DNA of 64,000 nt, taken from Antedon mediterranea. Taxonomy: Eukaryota > Animalia > Echinodermata. This document shows positions 38,601-53,100 of the stretch, in pieces. Under the pieces are notes generated by a model. It had not been told where the DNA came from. It saw only the letters and a program-made list of their open reading frames with translations, and ran no database searches. Each line of letters opens with the position of its first letter. The first letter of the stretch is position 1. The position numbers and the translations under genes were made by a program. The stretch spans positions 24,028,912 through 24,092,911 of the forward strand of contig NC_092675.1 in assembly GCF_964355755.1 (NCBI RefSeq). Reading direction: 5' to 3'.

Positions 38601-39833
38601 AAAAGGGGTTAAAATCAATAATCCAAAGACTACAATAAAGGCCCATTTACACTAGGACGATAACGATTAAGGATAAATATATCAACATGCATTTTTTTAC
38701 ATAAAACAAAAGAAATTAGAAAGGTATTCATTCAGAACTATAGGATAATCATTTATGCTGTCTTTGATAAAAATAATATTTTTTAAATTCCCATCAAATG
38801 ATGTCATGATAAGTATAAAAACAATAAAATCATTGTATCGTCACAATATTTTTGCTCTTACTAATCATGACGTCATTTGATTGGATGTGTGAAAATATCA
38901 TTTTCATCAAAGGAAGCATAGATGGTTATTCTATAGTTCTATTTTATATATTTTTTTGTCTATTTGTCATCGATTGTTATCATCCTAGTGTAAATGGGCC
39001 TTATGTCTGCTAATAGGTTTAACTATATTTATACAATAATCATATTTAGAATATCTCTATTTAAATTTTTTTTTTCTATAGGGACATGTTGTTATGGGTG
39101 TAAAGTCTGTGTCACCCTATGAGCAAGTTCGTGAAAAGACCAAAAATTTAGCCTTCAAGAGCCAGATGTTGGTCATGAATATAGAAAAGAAAGAACAAGC
39201 TATAAGAGCAAAACTGTCTGGGGTAAAAAGACTTATTTCTGATATTATCTCCTTTGTTTGGTTCCTCAAAAGCTTAAACAAAGAAAGAATTTGAAGCCTC
39301 TCCCTTTAAAATATTTGAATTACTGTATATGTGACATTAAATATAGCCTATTGAACCAAAAAAATATTAAAATATATATATGCATATATAATGCGACATT
39401 TATATAGGACTATTTCATGAAGATCAGAGCACTGTGGACTTAGATTCAACAATATTTGTCTCCCCTAAGGGTCACATCGTGTCATCGGCAGCCAAATACG
39501 GCGCCATTACGTCTGTCCACGACAAATGTGTGTGAACTAGTACACCGGGGTAACCCCATACTCATCTCAAAAGATGTACTAGGTTCTTTAAAGTGCACAA
39601 ATATAAATACTTTACATAGTAAATTCATTAAATAAACATTTGATTTTGTTATACTGTAATATGTATTTGTTATAAACAATTGCATTCTGGCTGAAAAACC
39701 ACCGTAGCACTACTTAAGCCTAGTGATTTAAATTTGGTTTGTCAACCCGATTTTGATGTGTGAATTTGAAAGTAAAATATAATAATTGTTTAATCCACAG
39801 GCACCACAATGGGGAGCACAAGATGTGTATTGA
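32664..39833 (+). CDS. EIF3E: Eukaryotic translation initiation factor 3 subunit E (Int-6)
   Basis: 13 exons: 32664-32753, 33305-33364, 33739-33796, 34081-34241, 35068-35172, 35532-35657, 35815-35942, 36530-36647, 36999-37100, 37242-37351, 38323-38428, 39082-39222, 39801-39833. Motifs: [84 protein letters not shown] and [16 protein letters not shown]. Confidence 0.97.
33386..33544. mobile_element. 159-bp hairpin MITE in eIF3E intron 2
   Basis: Perfect ~40-bp TIR agccgattttccactaggcgaatttgttcgcgcgaatcgaa. A related longer copy lies at ~40607-40884. Confidence 0.88.
36006..36345. repeat. 90-bp tandem repeat (3+ units) in eIF3E intron 7
   Basis: ctttgtagtctatgcccatgtagattgcagtcctacaagg... starts at ~36006, 36096 and 36186, with a degenerate copy at ~36276. 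Confidence 0.95.
37565..37687. mobile_element. MITE with AGCTTGGTTCCCA TIRs
   Basis: aagcttggttccca ... tgggaaccaagctt. Degenerate relatives with caagtaatttgaccaatcaca-like cores occur at ~2715-2850, 11990-12110, 14590-14710 and 59465-59575. Confidence 0.65.
38639..39001. mobile_element. MITE with AGGCCCATTTACACTAGGA TIRs
   Basis: aggcccatttacactaggacgataac ... gttatcatcctagtgtaaatgggcct, with internal subterminal inverted similarity. Confidence 0.85.
39410..39600 (-). mobile_element. SINE 3' fragment (same family as 9845-9965)
   Basis: The reverse complement reads gtgcactttaaagaacctagtacatc...ggggttaccccggtgt..., overlapping the motif at ~9929-9950. Confidence 0.5.
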
Positions 39834-41623
39834 AGATGATGTCAAACTAGAAATACAACTACATGTTTCATATGCAGTACAACAAGCAGATAGTTATTGT
39901 ATTATCTCTCTACTTTTTGTTTCTTTACAAATATAATATAAACATCATATAGAATCTCTACAATTTTAGTAACTATAAAAATAGTTTCCAAATAGTTTAG
40001 TTTATAATCATTTAAAACTGAATGTTCAGTGCAAGCATATTTAGCTATTTAGTTTTGTGTATTTATGATGCATCTACAGTGGTAGATTTCACTTTCAGTG
40101 TAAAGTTTTGTCTACACTATCAAACTACTATGACAAACTAATTTGATGTGCCTAAATATGGTGGTGATATGCCCAAATATAGTAGTGATATGACATCATC
40201 ATGTCTATATATGGGCACATCACATTTCTTTGTCACATAAAATTTGATAGTTTAGACAGAGCTTAAGTCAGGTTTAAAACAAGGCCCAAATTAAATAGAT
40301 CAGGCAGTAAATTACTTGCACATAATATTGTGCCAATTCCATAGTAGTGCTGAAATTATGTTAATCTGATTTGTATTTAAATAAACTATTGTGATTTGTA
40401 ACCAATACAGGTTTGCTTTATATATACAGTAGAGTACTGACTTTATATAATGGAAATAGTCCAGCAGCTCCATACTACATCAAACACAAGTTCTCCATGT
40501 GCTTTAAGCTCTGTCTACACTATCAAAAAGGTGGTAGTGATATGTCATGTCCATATATGGCACATCACATTTTGTCGCATAGAGCGACCGTGCAGACAGA
40601 CCTATAAGCCGATTCTTTCCACTAGGCGAAATTTGTTCGCGCGAATCGAAAGCGTCACTATGTGTATGCGTATTCAAGTTTCTGTTTTTCATACTCCCTT
40701 CAACGAATTCTAGTACCTTTGATTTTTCGCTTCAGCGAAATTTACTAGTTCGAATTGTTTCTACTTTTTGCGAAGCGTATTATTGTGCAACCAATCAGAA
40801 CTCAGGAAATGAGCTATGACACTTTCATGAGCACTCATGCGAATCGAAATGCTCAGCAACCACGCGAGGAGTGGAAAATCGGCTTAAGTTCATTTGTTTC
40901 CTGTTCATTAAAATATAAAACAGTCATACAATTCCACCAAGAAATTTGAAGACCTAAAAGGAAATATGTTAAATACAAACATCCTTTTATTTCAAGTGTC
41001 CTTGAGGCATGTGCCATTGCAGAAATAGATAACAGTTTGAGCAAATGGAGAGCCTTGCGAGGCACACTAATCCACGTTAAATATTTTGACCATGTTATAG
41101 TATGCTAACTGTAACAAATTTTGGGTTAAACCCATGCACAGGTTAACATAACTATTGTTAACGATTTTGAAAGTTACAATGAAAAAAATATAAAACTACA
41201 AAGTAAAGTTAGACAATCCTTTATTTCAATCTTGTTTGAGTTGAACAAATCATACTTTTGAAGTATCTTTATAGTAACAATATTTAACTTCTCACCATAT
41301 TATGCACTTCACGTGTTAGTATTTATTTAATCTTTTGAAATGTTCATATAAATACAGTAGTTTATATTGTGTTGGAAAACAATTGATTTTTACCAAAACA
41401 ATAACACACTTTTATTTTAGGAAATTGTATTTGATATTTTGCTTCAAGCTTCCCTGCTCTGACTCAAAATACATGGAAATTTTCTCCAAAAAACTTGCAT
41501 TGTCAATATATATATTTCTGTTGATTTCGTAAAAGCAGCTCCACATGCGTGGATGATGATAAAAGGTGAAACTATCATTTATTTACAATTTCAATCTATT
41601 AATTTCAGTGTATTGCAACTCTA

Positions 41624-44600
41624 TTATGCTGGATACCTTTCAATAAGCATACCATGTCCCTGAAAAAGAAACAAAATGTGGTTAAAATACTATAAATATA
41701 AGCTCTTACTTCAGGCCAGGATTTTGGACATAATTTATTAATAGGTAACCTGAATGTTAATTTGGTTTTTTAAGTTAGTGTGTTGGTTTATAAACAGATT
41801 AGATGTTGTAGCATTGTTCTTACCAGTCCTCCTGCAGCACAGGCTGCAATCAGTGCAAATTGTCCATCCTCTTTCTTGAGTCTGTTGGCAGCTGTGGTAG
41901 CTAAACGAACACCAGTGGCTCCAAATGGATGGCCTATAGATAAGGATCCTCCCCATAGATTGAACTTATCCATTGGTGGAACGCCAACCTAGAAAGAAAA
42001 AAAAAATGATAACACAACAAAATAATCCTTGCCATGTGATTACACATGACATGGATTCCACATTCTTATGGTTAAGTGGTACATTGCATGTTAAGGTGGC
42101 ACAAATTGCACATTCAGGTTTTTGTGAAATAAACATTAATTATTTGTATAATACAGTATTATCTTATCATCAATTGATATTAACATAGTATAATAACACA
42201 GTATTATGTTAGGTGATAAGGCATAATATACAGCAGCAGTTACCTTTGTTTTCCTTCCCATTTGTGTTTGAGCAAAGAAATCTGAATCCATGGCTGCTAA
42301 GTTTGCAAGGATTTGACCAGCAAAGGCTTCATGATACTCAAAGACATCGATGTCGGACATTGAAAGACCTGCCTTCTCAAGAACTTTTGGAGTTGCATAT
42401 GCAGGCCTGCAAAATTCGCAATGTTTAGTTATAGCAAAATAAAAGCTTAAAGCTTAAGATTTAAAACCGACAAAAACTCAAACTTTAAGTTGGCTTGTTA
42501 ATTGCATCTCAGGCCTACTATTTGCAAATCATCATAGTTGATTCTTACCCAAGCAATAGCTGATCTTTAGGGTCCTGTGACACATATGCAAAGTCTCTAA
42601 GGTATGCTTTAGGCTTATAACCCATGGCTAAGGCTTTCTCTTCTGACATTATTAAGCATGCTGAACCACCATCACTCTGTAATAAAACAAATTATACAAT
42701 GCTTTTACTTTGTTAGAAATACTACTTCAATACGTTTTCAGTCTTTTATTCCATTTTTAGTATCTAAACCTTATTTTGTTTCTACGCCACTGATAGCTTT
42801 CCCTTTCAGTGTCTAGGTATCAAAGTCACATATCTTTTCTATACTTAAGCTCTGCCTACACTTTCAAACTAGTTTGACACAAAAAGTGTTTTTTTTTTCA
42901 CATAAAATTTGATAGTGTAGACAGAGCTTAAAACTTGACACCACTGGTAAACAAAAATGCAAGTACAGTACAGTATGGACACACTATTAGAGAGACACAT
43001 TCTCGCTATACGGAGGATAACGAGGGGGAATATACCTTTAACACTAGAGCCTATCCCTATGACTTTACTTGGCAGGGTTCTACTATATATATATAGCCTT
43101 ACCAGAAAAGATGAGTTTGCTGCAGTAACTGTACCATGGGGTTTGACAAATGCTGCTCTTAGACTGCTCATTTTTTCCATGCTGGTTGGTCGAATGCCAT
43201 TGTCACGTTGCACAACTTTACCCTTTCCTGGCACTGTGTAGTCAAGACGATCACTTAAGAGTCCTTCATTTGTTGCCTTGTCGGCCAGAGTGTGTGATCG
43301 TAAACCAAACTCATCCTGTTCTTTCCTTCCAATTCCAAATGCTGCACAGAGTCTATCTGCCGAATGACCCATGACCTCATTAGTTGAGAACTCTGCTACA
43401 GCAGGCAACTATAACAAGTGAATAAAATGACATGGAAATACCAATACTGTAATAAATAATAGTCAGAACAGTTTATTTGAAAACATATTTAAAAGGGAAC
43501 AAAAATGCATATATATTTATTTTGTTTTCATCAGTATACCATGTCCCGCATAACTGGCTCAGGCTATATACTAAGCTGCACTGACCAGATCCAATAAGAT
43601 CGAAACTGTCTACAAAGTGATATATAAATCTATATAATATACAATAGACTGATATAACAGGCTTACCTCAGGTGCAAATGCTGCCATACTTAATTGTCTA
43701 GAAGCAAGGGCAAGTTTGGCTGAAACAGACTTTGCCTAAAGAAAAAAAAAAAAAAGTTTTTATGAACTGAAAACATCATCAACATCTAGCAGCAATGATT
43801 TTGTCCACTCCAACACAAACGAAAAAAGTTTTTTTTATGGAAAATTATATTGTGCTTTATACAAATACTGTCTTAAAGCACAGTGGACCACAGAGATAAT
43901 TTAGTATTAAGATATAGTAGAGGACCCTGTCATAAATATTGTAGATATTGCCACCTGTACGATTAAAGTCGATACCTTTTGTTGTGTTATCATGAATTTT
44001 CTCATTTGTCTGCTGTGTCTTATCGGTGCATCTGACATAAAGTCAATGCCACCAGCGATACCAGAATCAATCTGTCCCATTGCAATCATGCCCATAACTA
44101 GAAAATGAACAGAGCACCTCAAGCTATTATTCATTCAATTAAAAAAGTGTTGGTAAATATTAACTACCATGTTTTGGGTGGAAAATTGACTTGTTATACA
44201 GGCTTACATGCAAATGAACATTTAAGTGTAGATTTTGCAGATTAGCTCTCAATACAGTCTGCTCTCTATTATTGTGAACAGATGCTTGTTGCAAGTGTCT
44301 TTACAGTTGATACTACTTTTATTTCGAAAATCACAAATAAGAAAACTAAGAATGTTGTGTTTGCTGGTCAATTTCTTATATTTACACAACTTCACTTGCA
44401 TTGGGTGGTCAGGAATGGTTCACAATTGGCTAATTAAAAAGATGGCTGATTTTAAATCTTTTACACTACAGTATTAATAAGCAAATGCACTTTGAATGCA
44501 ACTTACCTGATGTAATGGCCTGGTTGGATGATATGCATGCCATTGTTACTGTATGTGCTGGAATCTTTTCAGAGAATCCAGCTCCCAATGCAGCCTATAC

Positions 44601-46776
44601 ATAAATACAATACAAACTTTATGCATCAACAAATGTGATGTACCCATACATGAACATGATGATGTCATATCACTACCATGTTTGGACATATCACTAACAT
44701 ATTTAGGCACATCATACCTTTTTTGTCAAACTAGTTTGATAGTGTAGACAGAGAATGATTATAGAGTGAAACCATTTTGAGCTACCCCCATTTTCTGTTT
44801 TTTTTTCTATTATATTTTGGAATCTAACCATCATTTGGAAAAAAATATTATGAAAGAAGAATTTTGGGACACTAAAGCCAATGTACAGCTTACCTCTCTT
44901 GCTACATTGCTTGTTTTAACCTCTTGAATGACAGTTCCAAAGCATATGTAATCAACAGCATCTACAAAATAGGTGCTCTCAAATTTAATACATTTGCAAA
45001 TATCAATCATGCAAGGGAAAATTTCAGTAAATCGAGCATAACATTATAGAATTTTTACTCAATGGTATAGGAAGTTTCTATACAGGGTCATCTGGGAGAA
45101 CAGTATTGTAATGAAGAGGTCACCCATTATAAAGGTGAATATTTAAAAAAAATGACAGTAGTTAATGAAGATTACAAAAACTTACCCTTTGGTATATTTG
45201 TACGTGCCACAAGTCCCCTAAAAAACAAGTACATTTTTTTTATATATTTTTTTTAAAACCTAAATTAATTATCACTTACAAATGTATTTACAATTGCAAA
45301 CAATTAGTGGCGTAACAAAGAAATTCTCTGGTGTTTACAGTTTTCAGAGAAACTATTAAAAAAAATGTGGTTTTTTGTCATGACCTTTTCATGTGAATTT
45401 GTTTTAAATTGTTTTTCATATTAAAATTTGTTTGTTGTATTTTGTACCTTATGCCTACATGTTAGTGTTAGTGTAATATTGAGATTACAAAATAAATCTA
45501 TGTACTAAAGTACTGTAAAATCCACTTGTCAGTTACAAGAGTCATAATGGAAATTTAATAGTTACTACAAACTTACTCTAAAGCTCCTCTTGCAAGATCA
45601 TGAGGCATCAAGTCTGCATAACTAAAAAATAATAAACCTTCAATTTAATATATAAAATAAAAAATAGAGAAAATGTAATCAATTCCAATGTTGGCTAAAA
45701 TGTACATTTCTACAACTACAGTACTACTACTATATACCTACAGACGTATATACAATAGTATAATTTTATTATATTTTCCAATAAAAGTACTCGCGTTCCC
45801 CGAAGTAGGGGTATAGCCTCTAATCCGACACCACCACTTATCAAAGGAAACCCCGTAAAATCGATGGACAATTATGTTTTACATTACAATGGCCAATATC
45901 TATTCAGACACTCATATTAAGGAGACACTGTTGGGTACCAAAGTTGTCACTTAATAAATGTTTTACTGTTAAATTATTTATTATGCATTCCTGAAAGAAA
46001 AATTTGAAGCACATTTAACTATTTTATGTTTAAATCAAATATTCAGTTGCTAGAGATATTATCGATTGTAGTTTCTTAAACTTAAAACACTCTTTAAAAA
46101 AATGTCAATTCCATGTCACTTTTGTTTAGAAATTTTTTAATTGTTATATACAATAAAAGATGTATATTAAGGAAATTGTAGACCTACTCTGTGCCAGACA
46201 TCAGGAAAGGTGTTCGAACTCCTTCAACTAACACAATGTTCTTTCCATTTGGTTTAGATACTGTTTTCTTCGCTGCTGCATTATGGGTTATTGACGTGCT
46301 CAAACAACGTAGACCATCTAAAAACAAATTTTTAGTTTTACTTACAACTTGTTACTTTTTGCAATGTGTGAAAAAAAAGATATTAATTAAGCTTAAATAA
46401 AGTTAATAAAAGCCTTTTTAAGTAAGGAAAACCTGTTTTTTTTTTATTTAAACACAATCATTAGCCTACCACAAATTTGTACATTTACTATACTCTAGTA
46501 GGCCTACAAACGGCTCTCTCCCTCCCTCCTGTACACTAATAAATTCTAGGACCTCCTATACTACTTGCATGCCACAACAATCATAGCTAGAGACAGCGCC
46601 ATTCATTTGGTTGAGGAGGCCGCTGGACTGGAATCAGTCAGGCCGCTGAATCGCCGACCCGGCCTAGCTTGCTTAGACATTTTTGCCGGTTTAAATCAAT
46701 AAACAAACTATGAAACTAAACACCCACTAGATTGAATATGTCCGGAAAATCTTCCTATTGTGGAAATAAGCGCCAT
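41624..46776 (-). CDS. HADHB: Mitochondrial trifunctional protein beta subunit (3-ketoacyl-CoA thiolase)
   Basis: About 13 exons from 46776-46728 ([16 protein letters not shown]) to 41659-41624 ([11 protein letters not shown]). Motifs: [104 protein letters not shown] and AACAAGG. Confidence 0.97.
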
Positions 46777-47121
46777 TGCTTATATATATAGATATATTTT
46801 TTGTTATCAAAGAAAGATGAGAAGATTAATCATGCGCCGCAAAAAACAGTTGTCTCTCTCCCTCGATTTCTCTCTTTTTTTTTAAAGGTCAACCTTTCTG
46901 GTCATGTGTGGTATAATTTAATATTTTAGCGGAATATAACAAATAAATCAGAGCATTCTAAACAGAATATTCTTTTCTATATTAAGTAATAAATAATTAA
47001 TTTTTTAGGCTCTATATTTCCTTTAAAAAATTACGAAAACTTCAATTGAAATCAGTGATTAAAAAACAAGTGTGCACATTTTGAAAGGTCAAACAGGTCA
47101 TTCTCTTTAAAAGTCGGAAAC
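46777..47121. promoter_or_regulatory. Bidirectional promoter and 5' UTRs shared by HADHB and HADHA
   Basis: The divergent ATGs (46776 on -, 47122 on +) are separated by only 345 bp. The interval contains AGGTCA half-sites at 46886, 47086 and 47095. Confidence 0.85.
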
Positions 47122-50100
47122 ATGGCTACTCTTCGTGGGTTTAGAGCTCTAAAACGAATTTCCTGTGGCAAATTATCGATGTCCACAGGTTTGTTTTTCT
47201 AAAATCTTTTTATAATAGTAACCTTTAATAATTAATAATAGTTATTAACTTTTTCAATTATTTGTTTGTGATGAATATGACACATTAATGTTGCACCGGC
47301 TTATAATGAAGTGGTTGATGTCGTCATGATGATGTCGTCGGTAGGGCTAAATTAAGCTACCACACTGGACTGGCACTTGCTAGGAGCCGCTTGTTGTTCG
47401 TTCCGGCCGCCGTGGTTTAATTCCGGCCGCAATTCACTCCGGTACGACTATTGAGTCAACTATTTCAGCATTGTTATTTATGTTGACTTGTAATTAATAT
47501 ATGAACTGTTTTTCTTTCAATTCTGCAATTAAAGATAGGCCTACATTCCCTATAGGTCTACAACAATTTTTGTTTTTGTAAAAATAATTCATCCTAGCTA
47601 GGCCTAGGCTCTAGCCTAATTCTTATTTATTTATTAAAATTAATATGTGCAATTTAAATATTTTTCACAATTTTAATCAAAATACATACTCAATTCAAAT
47701 TGCACAGAAAATTTAGAATTTCGCAAAGTATGTCAGTATTATTAATTAATAAAACTAAAGCTAGATAACCTTATGCACTTGTCAATTGTATGACTCACTA
47801 TACGACCCCCGGGAGAGGTGCGTCATGGGTGCGTCATTTACAAATAATTACTGACGCAGGGGTGCGTCAAAAAACCTAGATGGTACGTCACATCAATGAA
47901 CACGGTGTGTCAATGTCTGTCACTTTATCACCCACCATATCATAAACAACATGGTCACAGTGCGTCAAAATGGGTGCGTCATGGTCACCTAAAGGTAAGT
48001 CACACGGGTGCGTCATGGTATTCAAAAGTATGACGCACATCGGACAAATGACGCACCTCTCCCGGGGGTCGTATAGTGGGTCATACAATTGACAAGTGCA
48101 TTACATTGATAAAGCAAATAATATTATTTATTATCTACAGCTTTTTTTCCTATAATCGATGACAAACAAAAGTATGCTGCACCGTTCTGCACTTTCCTGC
48201 ACTGCATTGTTTTTTTTATGGAAGATGTGTTCATTTTCGTGAAAAAGATGTAACTTAACAGAATAAAATGTTATAAATATAATTAAAACGATTGTGTTTT
48301 TAAATTATTATTATTCTTTATTTTTTCCAATATAAAAAAATAGAAATTCCTCTTGTATACACTGCAGAGATAGTAGGGAGGTTTCGCAACCTTACGAATA
48401 CGATAACGAAAACAAAAACGGATACGTCATACATTTGTGAAACTTTTGAGCTGATCCCCATTTCATATTCGTAAAGCGTATTCGTGTTGACGAATATCAC
48501 CAGTCATATTCAGAACTACAAAACAAGTATAGTTTTTGATCTATTTTGCATTTGAATCAGGAATGATTCATGATTATAATATAATTATAGATTTATTGAA
48601 AGTAATTTACTAAAGTAATTTACTAAAATGCCAAGTCAATTTTGATAAATAGCAGTTTTTAAAGTCCTCACTCGCTTTGATGTTACGCTAGGCCTAGGCA
48701 GCCAAGCACCAAGCAACACGTACCTGCGCTTCGCTCAAATTTACCGCAGTCATATTTTGGACACGCCTCAATATTTCGTTGCCATGCGAAACAGATTTTT
48801 TTATGGCTTACGAAAACGAATACGTGTGCGTGACGTATCCGTTTTCGTTATCGTATTCGTAAGATTGCGAAACCTCTCTAATAACAAATATACATACAAA
48901 ATACAAATCAATATAAAATCACATATGAAATATCAAAAAGTCTACAATCCAGGTGTTCTCTCCATGAGACGATAAATTAGATAGACAGCAAAATTAGGCT
49001 AAAAGTCGCTCAAATTCTGTATGCACAATCTGACGCAAACTTGAAGCTGGACCAGAGCAGCCTGTGTAAAAGGCCATTTATACCATAGACTATACAGACA
49101 GTAGGTTAGGTATAGCTTAAGGTTAAAACTACTTTTTTTACATTTATTTATCAAAGAAACAAGCAAGTTATTCCTTGTGCAACCATTTTATTTTGTGTAT
49201 ATCGTCAAGGCTGAAATAAACAATTTTAATGTGGTGTAGTAATTTTGTGATATAACTGATAGTATTTTAGTGCCATGAATATGGAGTTCAACTATTTTTT
49301 TTTAGTTGCAAATATGAATCATTGATTCATGATGGCTAATCCAGTATGCAGTCAGTCAGTCAAGGGCACTAAGCTGATTTTTGTCTGTATTATTATTTAA
49401 TAGAAAAAAATGCTAGTACAGTGGAAAAATAGGATAATAATAAATTAATAAACTTTTCAATTTTTTTCAGGCTGTTCTGCAAGGAATTTTTCACTTTCCA
49501 CTGCGGTTTCTGGTAAGTAAATCTTGCAACCACTTCTTAATATTCATGTAATTATTTTTTATTTTTTTAATGTATTAAATGTTTCATTGCTTACAAATGA
49601 ACATGTAATTGTGCTGTTTCATACAGTACTAAAGCTGGAATGATATTTCTAATAAATGTAATAGAAACTAATCCATTAACAATTATAAAATACAGTTTTA
49701 TAATGATTAAAGGTTTAAATTGATTTGTTATAGCACGAACACAGTTAAACTATGAAGTGAAAGATGATGTGGCAGTTGTGCGAATTAATCAACCAGATTC
49801 TAAGGTAACCCAAACTTTAAAATGTAATTTAATATACACCCAATCTTGTAGAGAATTCTCCATAAGATCAATTTTCGCTGCTACCTAGCCTGCGATCTAG
49901 CCTTCTATCTTATAAGAAAAATCAGATTCTTTCTCTACCAGTGCTCTAGGTAACAATTATAGGTGGGGCATAACGGGCACATGCACACCAAACTTGTACC
50001 TTGACATATTAACATCGGCAAGGGTTCAAGCCTCACTCGCTCCATGGTTCTGGTGGTAGAACGAGTCTTCTTGGATAAGGACTATAAACAGTAGTCCAGT

Positions 50101-53100
50101 GCACACACAGACACTTATCATAACTCATACTGTAAGGTGAAATAAATAAATAAATAAGGTGAAATAAATAAATAAATAAGGTGAAATAAAACTCACTAAA
50201 TAGACCTTTTACTGTGCAATAGAATTAATAAATACTAAATCTTAAATAATACACTTTTTTAGGTTAATACATTGTCAAGGGAATTTAATGCTGAGATTGA
50301 AGAGGTTATGCACGAGATATGGGCCAATGATAGTATAGCAAGTGTTGTGCTTATCTCATCTAAACCAGGATGTTTCATTGCTGGAGCTGATATTAAGTAA
50401 GCAAAACAATTAATATAAATCTAGTTTTTGGCAAATCTTTCAATGACTTAAAGAATCAGTTTTTCCCTGTGATTTCTCACACCTCAGTTATGATGGAAAA
50501 GTCTTTGTGATGCCATGTGTTAAACAGTACTGATGTTGGCATTATGCTGTAAATACAGTACATACTGAGTAAAATTTATCATTGTTTTTTTAGATCTTAA
50601 AATCAATTATGGGCATAAAAAAATATATCTTGCATTTGATTGTTATTTTCACGTCTATTTTTTTTTTATTTTGTAGTTTTTCATTAAAAAACAACTTGTA
50701 GCTATTACTGAAAATTACAATTAAATGTAAATTATACAATTTTTCAAATTTTGTGATTTTGAACAAAAAAAATTATAATATTATTTATAGTATATTTTCA
50801 ATATTAATATTGGCATTGCAATTGCTAATGATATACCAGTATATTTGCGATTGTCACTATCATTTGGAATATGTTAAAATAAAACAGGGTAGTGTGGATA
50901 CATATACATGCCTATTGTACATGGATCATTATTAATTCATTTTACAGGATTAAAATGTCTAAATACAAGGGTACCATTCTAATGAACAAATTAATACTAT
51001 TACAAACAAGTTTACATTGTTGAAATTATAATACATAATTCTTGAATTGATTAAAAAGTTGATGATAAAATATGGTACTACACTGAATGAAAATATTTTG
51101 TTAAAATCTAGATGCTATTTGTTAAATTTAATATACTGAAATGAAAACTACTGCCTAGTATAATTTTATCATCAATATCAATCAATCATTCAATTTGACA
51201 TTTCCAAATTACATTAAAAAAAATTATGTTTTTAAAACATTATTTCTGGTAATGAATAGAATTATCAAGTTACTTTTGAAATTAATTAAATATAAGACAC
51301 ACTCTTATATATAATTAGTATCCTACTGTGTTGAAACATTCAATACTTTGCTAATATAATGAGACTACAAGTTTAGTTAAGATAGTGGTGATGTTAATAT
51401 ATAAAGTATGTAGACCACTAGTAAAACTGTAGTTTTCACATATTTTGTAAAGTGCTAAACTTATTTACATCAATTTACATTTTGTTTCCTTTCTTCGTAC
51501 AGCATGTTATCACGATGCAAGACTTCAGAAGAGGTTAGTAAATCAAGACTCATGATTGAACCATTCAAACTAGTAGTTCGTTTGTTTTTCCTTGCTACTG
51601 TAGTCTAGCAAGGGTTGATCTGCAGGACAATTTCTTTTTTTAAAACTTTTTTTTTAAATTTTATGGGTTCTTCTCACTATCATTCTTCTATTAAAGCATG
51701 ATACAGGATGATTTGAAAAATGTATTTAAATTATACAGGCTCACTTGAGACACACCCGGCCCACGACAGAAATAAACATCACAAAATAGTAGAAAGAGCT
51801 TTTTCTAATGAAGCATATTGAATATATAAAAAATGTTTGTTTGTATTAAGTGAGCATATTTTATATTTCAGGTTACCCAACTATCACAAGATGGCCAGAA
51901 GCTACTGCAGCTGGTTGAGGACAGCAATAAACCAGTCGTGGCTGCAATCCATGGTAGCTGTATGGGAGGTGGCTTAGAGGTTAGTCTAGACACAATGTTC
52001 TCATCTGAAACCAATGGTTTTAGTTGATCCTGTTGACATATTCTCATGCTATGACACTGAACAGTTAAAAAAAAAACAATGATGGTTTAATGATTTTGAC
52101 TGCTGCTTGAAGAACCACTAGTATCGTCAACAGAAAATAATAAAAACAAAATCACAAGAGTCTGAACTTTTGAAAAAATGGATGATATGAAAATAGATTT
52201 ACTGCTAAAAAATCACCACCTTTGAACATGCTCATTAAACAATCTCAACAGAAAATTTACAGAAAGAATAAATATAATTTAACTTCAATGTTAATTGTTT
52301 GTCCTGTAGGTTGCGATAAGCTGTCAATACAGAATTGCTACAAAGCATCCAAAGACGGTATTATCCGCTCCAGAGGTTATGTTGGGTCTTTTACCAGGTG
52401 GAGGTGGTACGCAAAGAATTACTAAGATGGTATGATGTTTTTTTATCTTCATAATTCCAAATATGCATACAAAAAATAGTCTTGTTATTGTTTATGATTT
52501 GTTGGAAGGTAGCAAAACAATTATACCTAGAAGAGAGATCAATAGAAGAGCTTTTGCTGTGATTAGTGTAAACAAAAAATCAACAATCAACGTTTGTAGC
52601 CTACATATGGAGTATTTTATATGAGATTTTTTCTCACCATGTTAAAAAACGAACACTGTCAAAATGTTTATTTGTTAGCTAGGCTTAGTGTATGGCTTTG
52701 AATTGTTATAAACATTACATTTGTATTTGAATATTATTTATGTACCTAGGTTGGTCTTCCTAGTGCGTTTGATATGATGCTAACTGGAAAGAACATTCCA
52801 GCTGATAAAGCCAAGAAGATGGGATTAGTCGACCAGCTCATTACTCCTATTGGTAAGAAATGACAGACTTGTGCTATCACAACATTTAAAATATTAAACC
52901 CTAACCCTCTAAATAATCACTCTCTAAAGAAAGAACTGCAATTCTAGCTTAGCCTATACTTAGCATAAAGTACAATAATGTCAGAGTAGCGCAAACACTT
53001 GACCAGCTATGTGAATATGATTTTAAACATTTTTAAATGTATTCATGTTTTAGGAGTAGGGTTGAAGTCTGCTGAAGATAACACCATGTCATATCTTGAG

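Noticed and set aside
47790-47805. GACTCACTATA resembling a T7 promoter (vector contamination)
   Set aside because: Only a partial match, and it is part of a MITE TIR mirrored at ~48070-48085.
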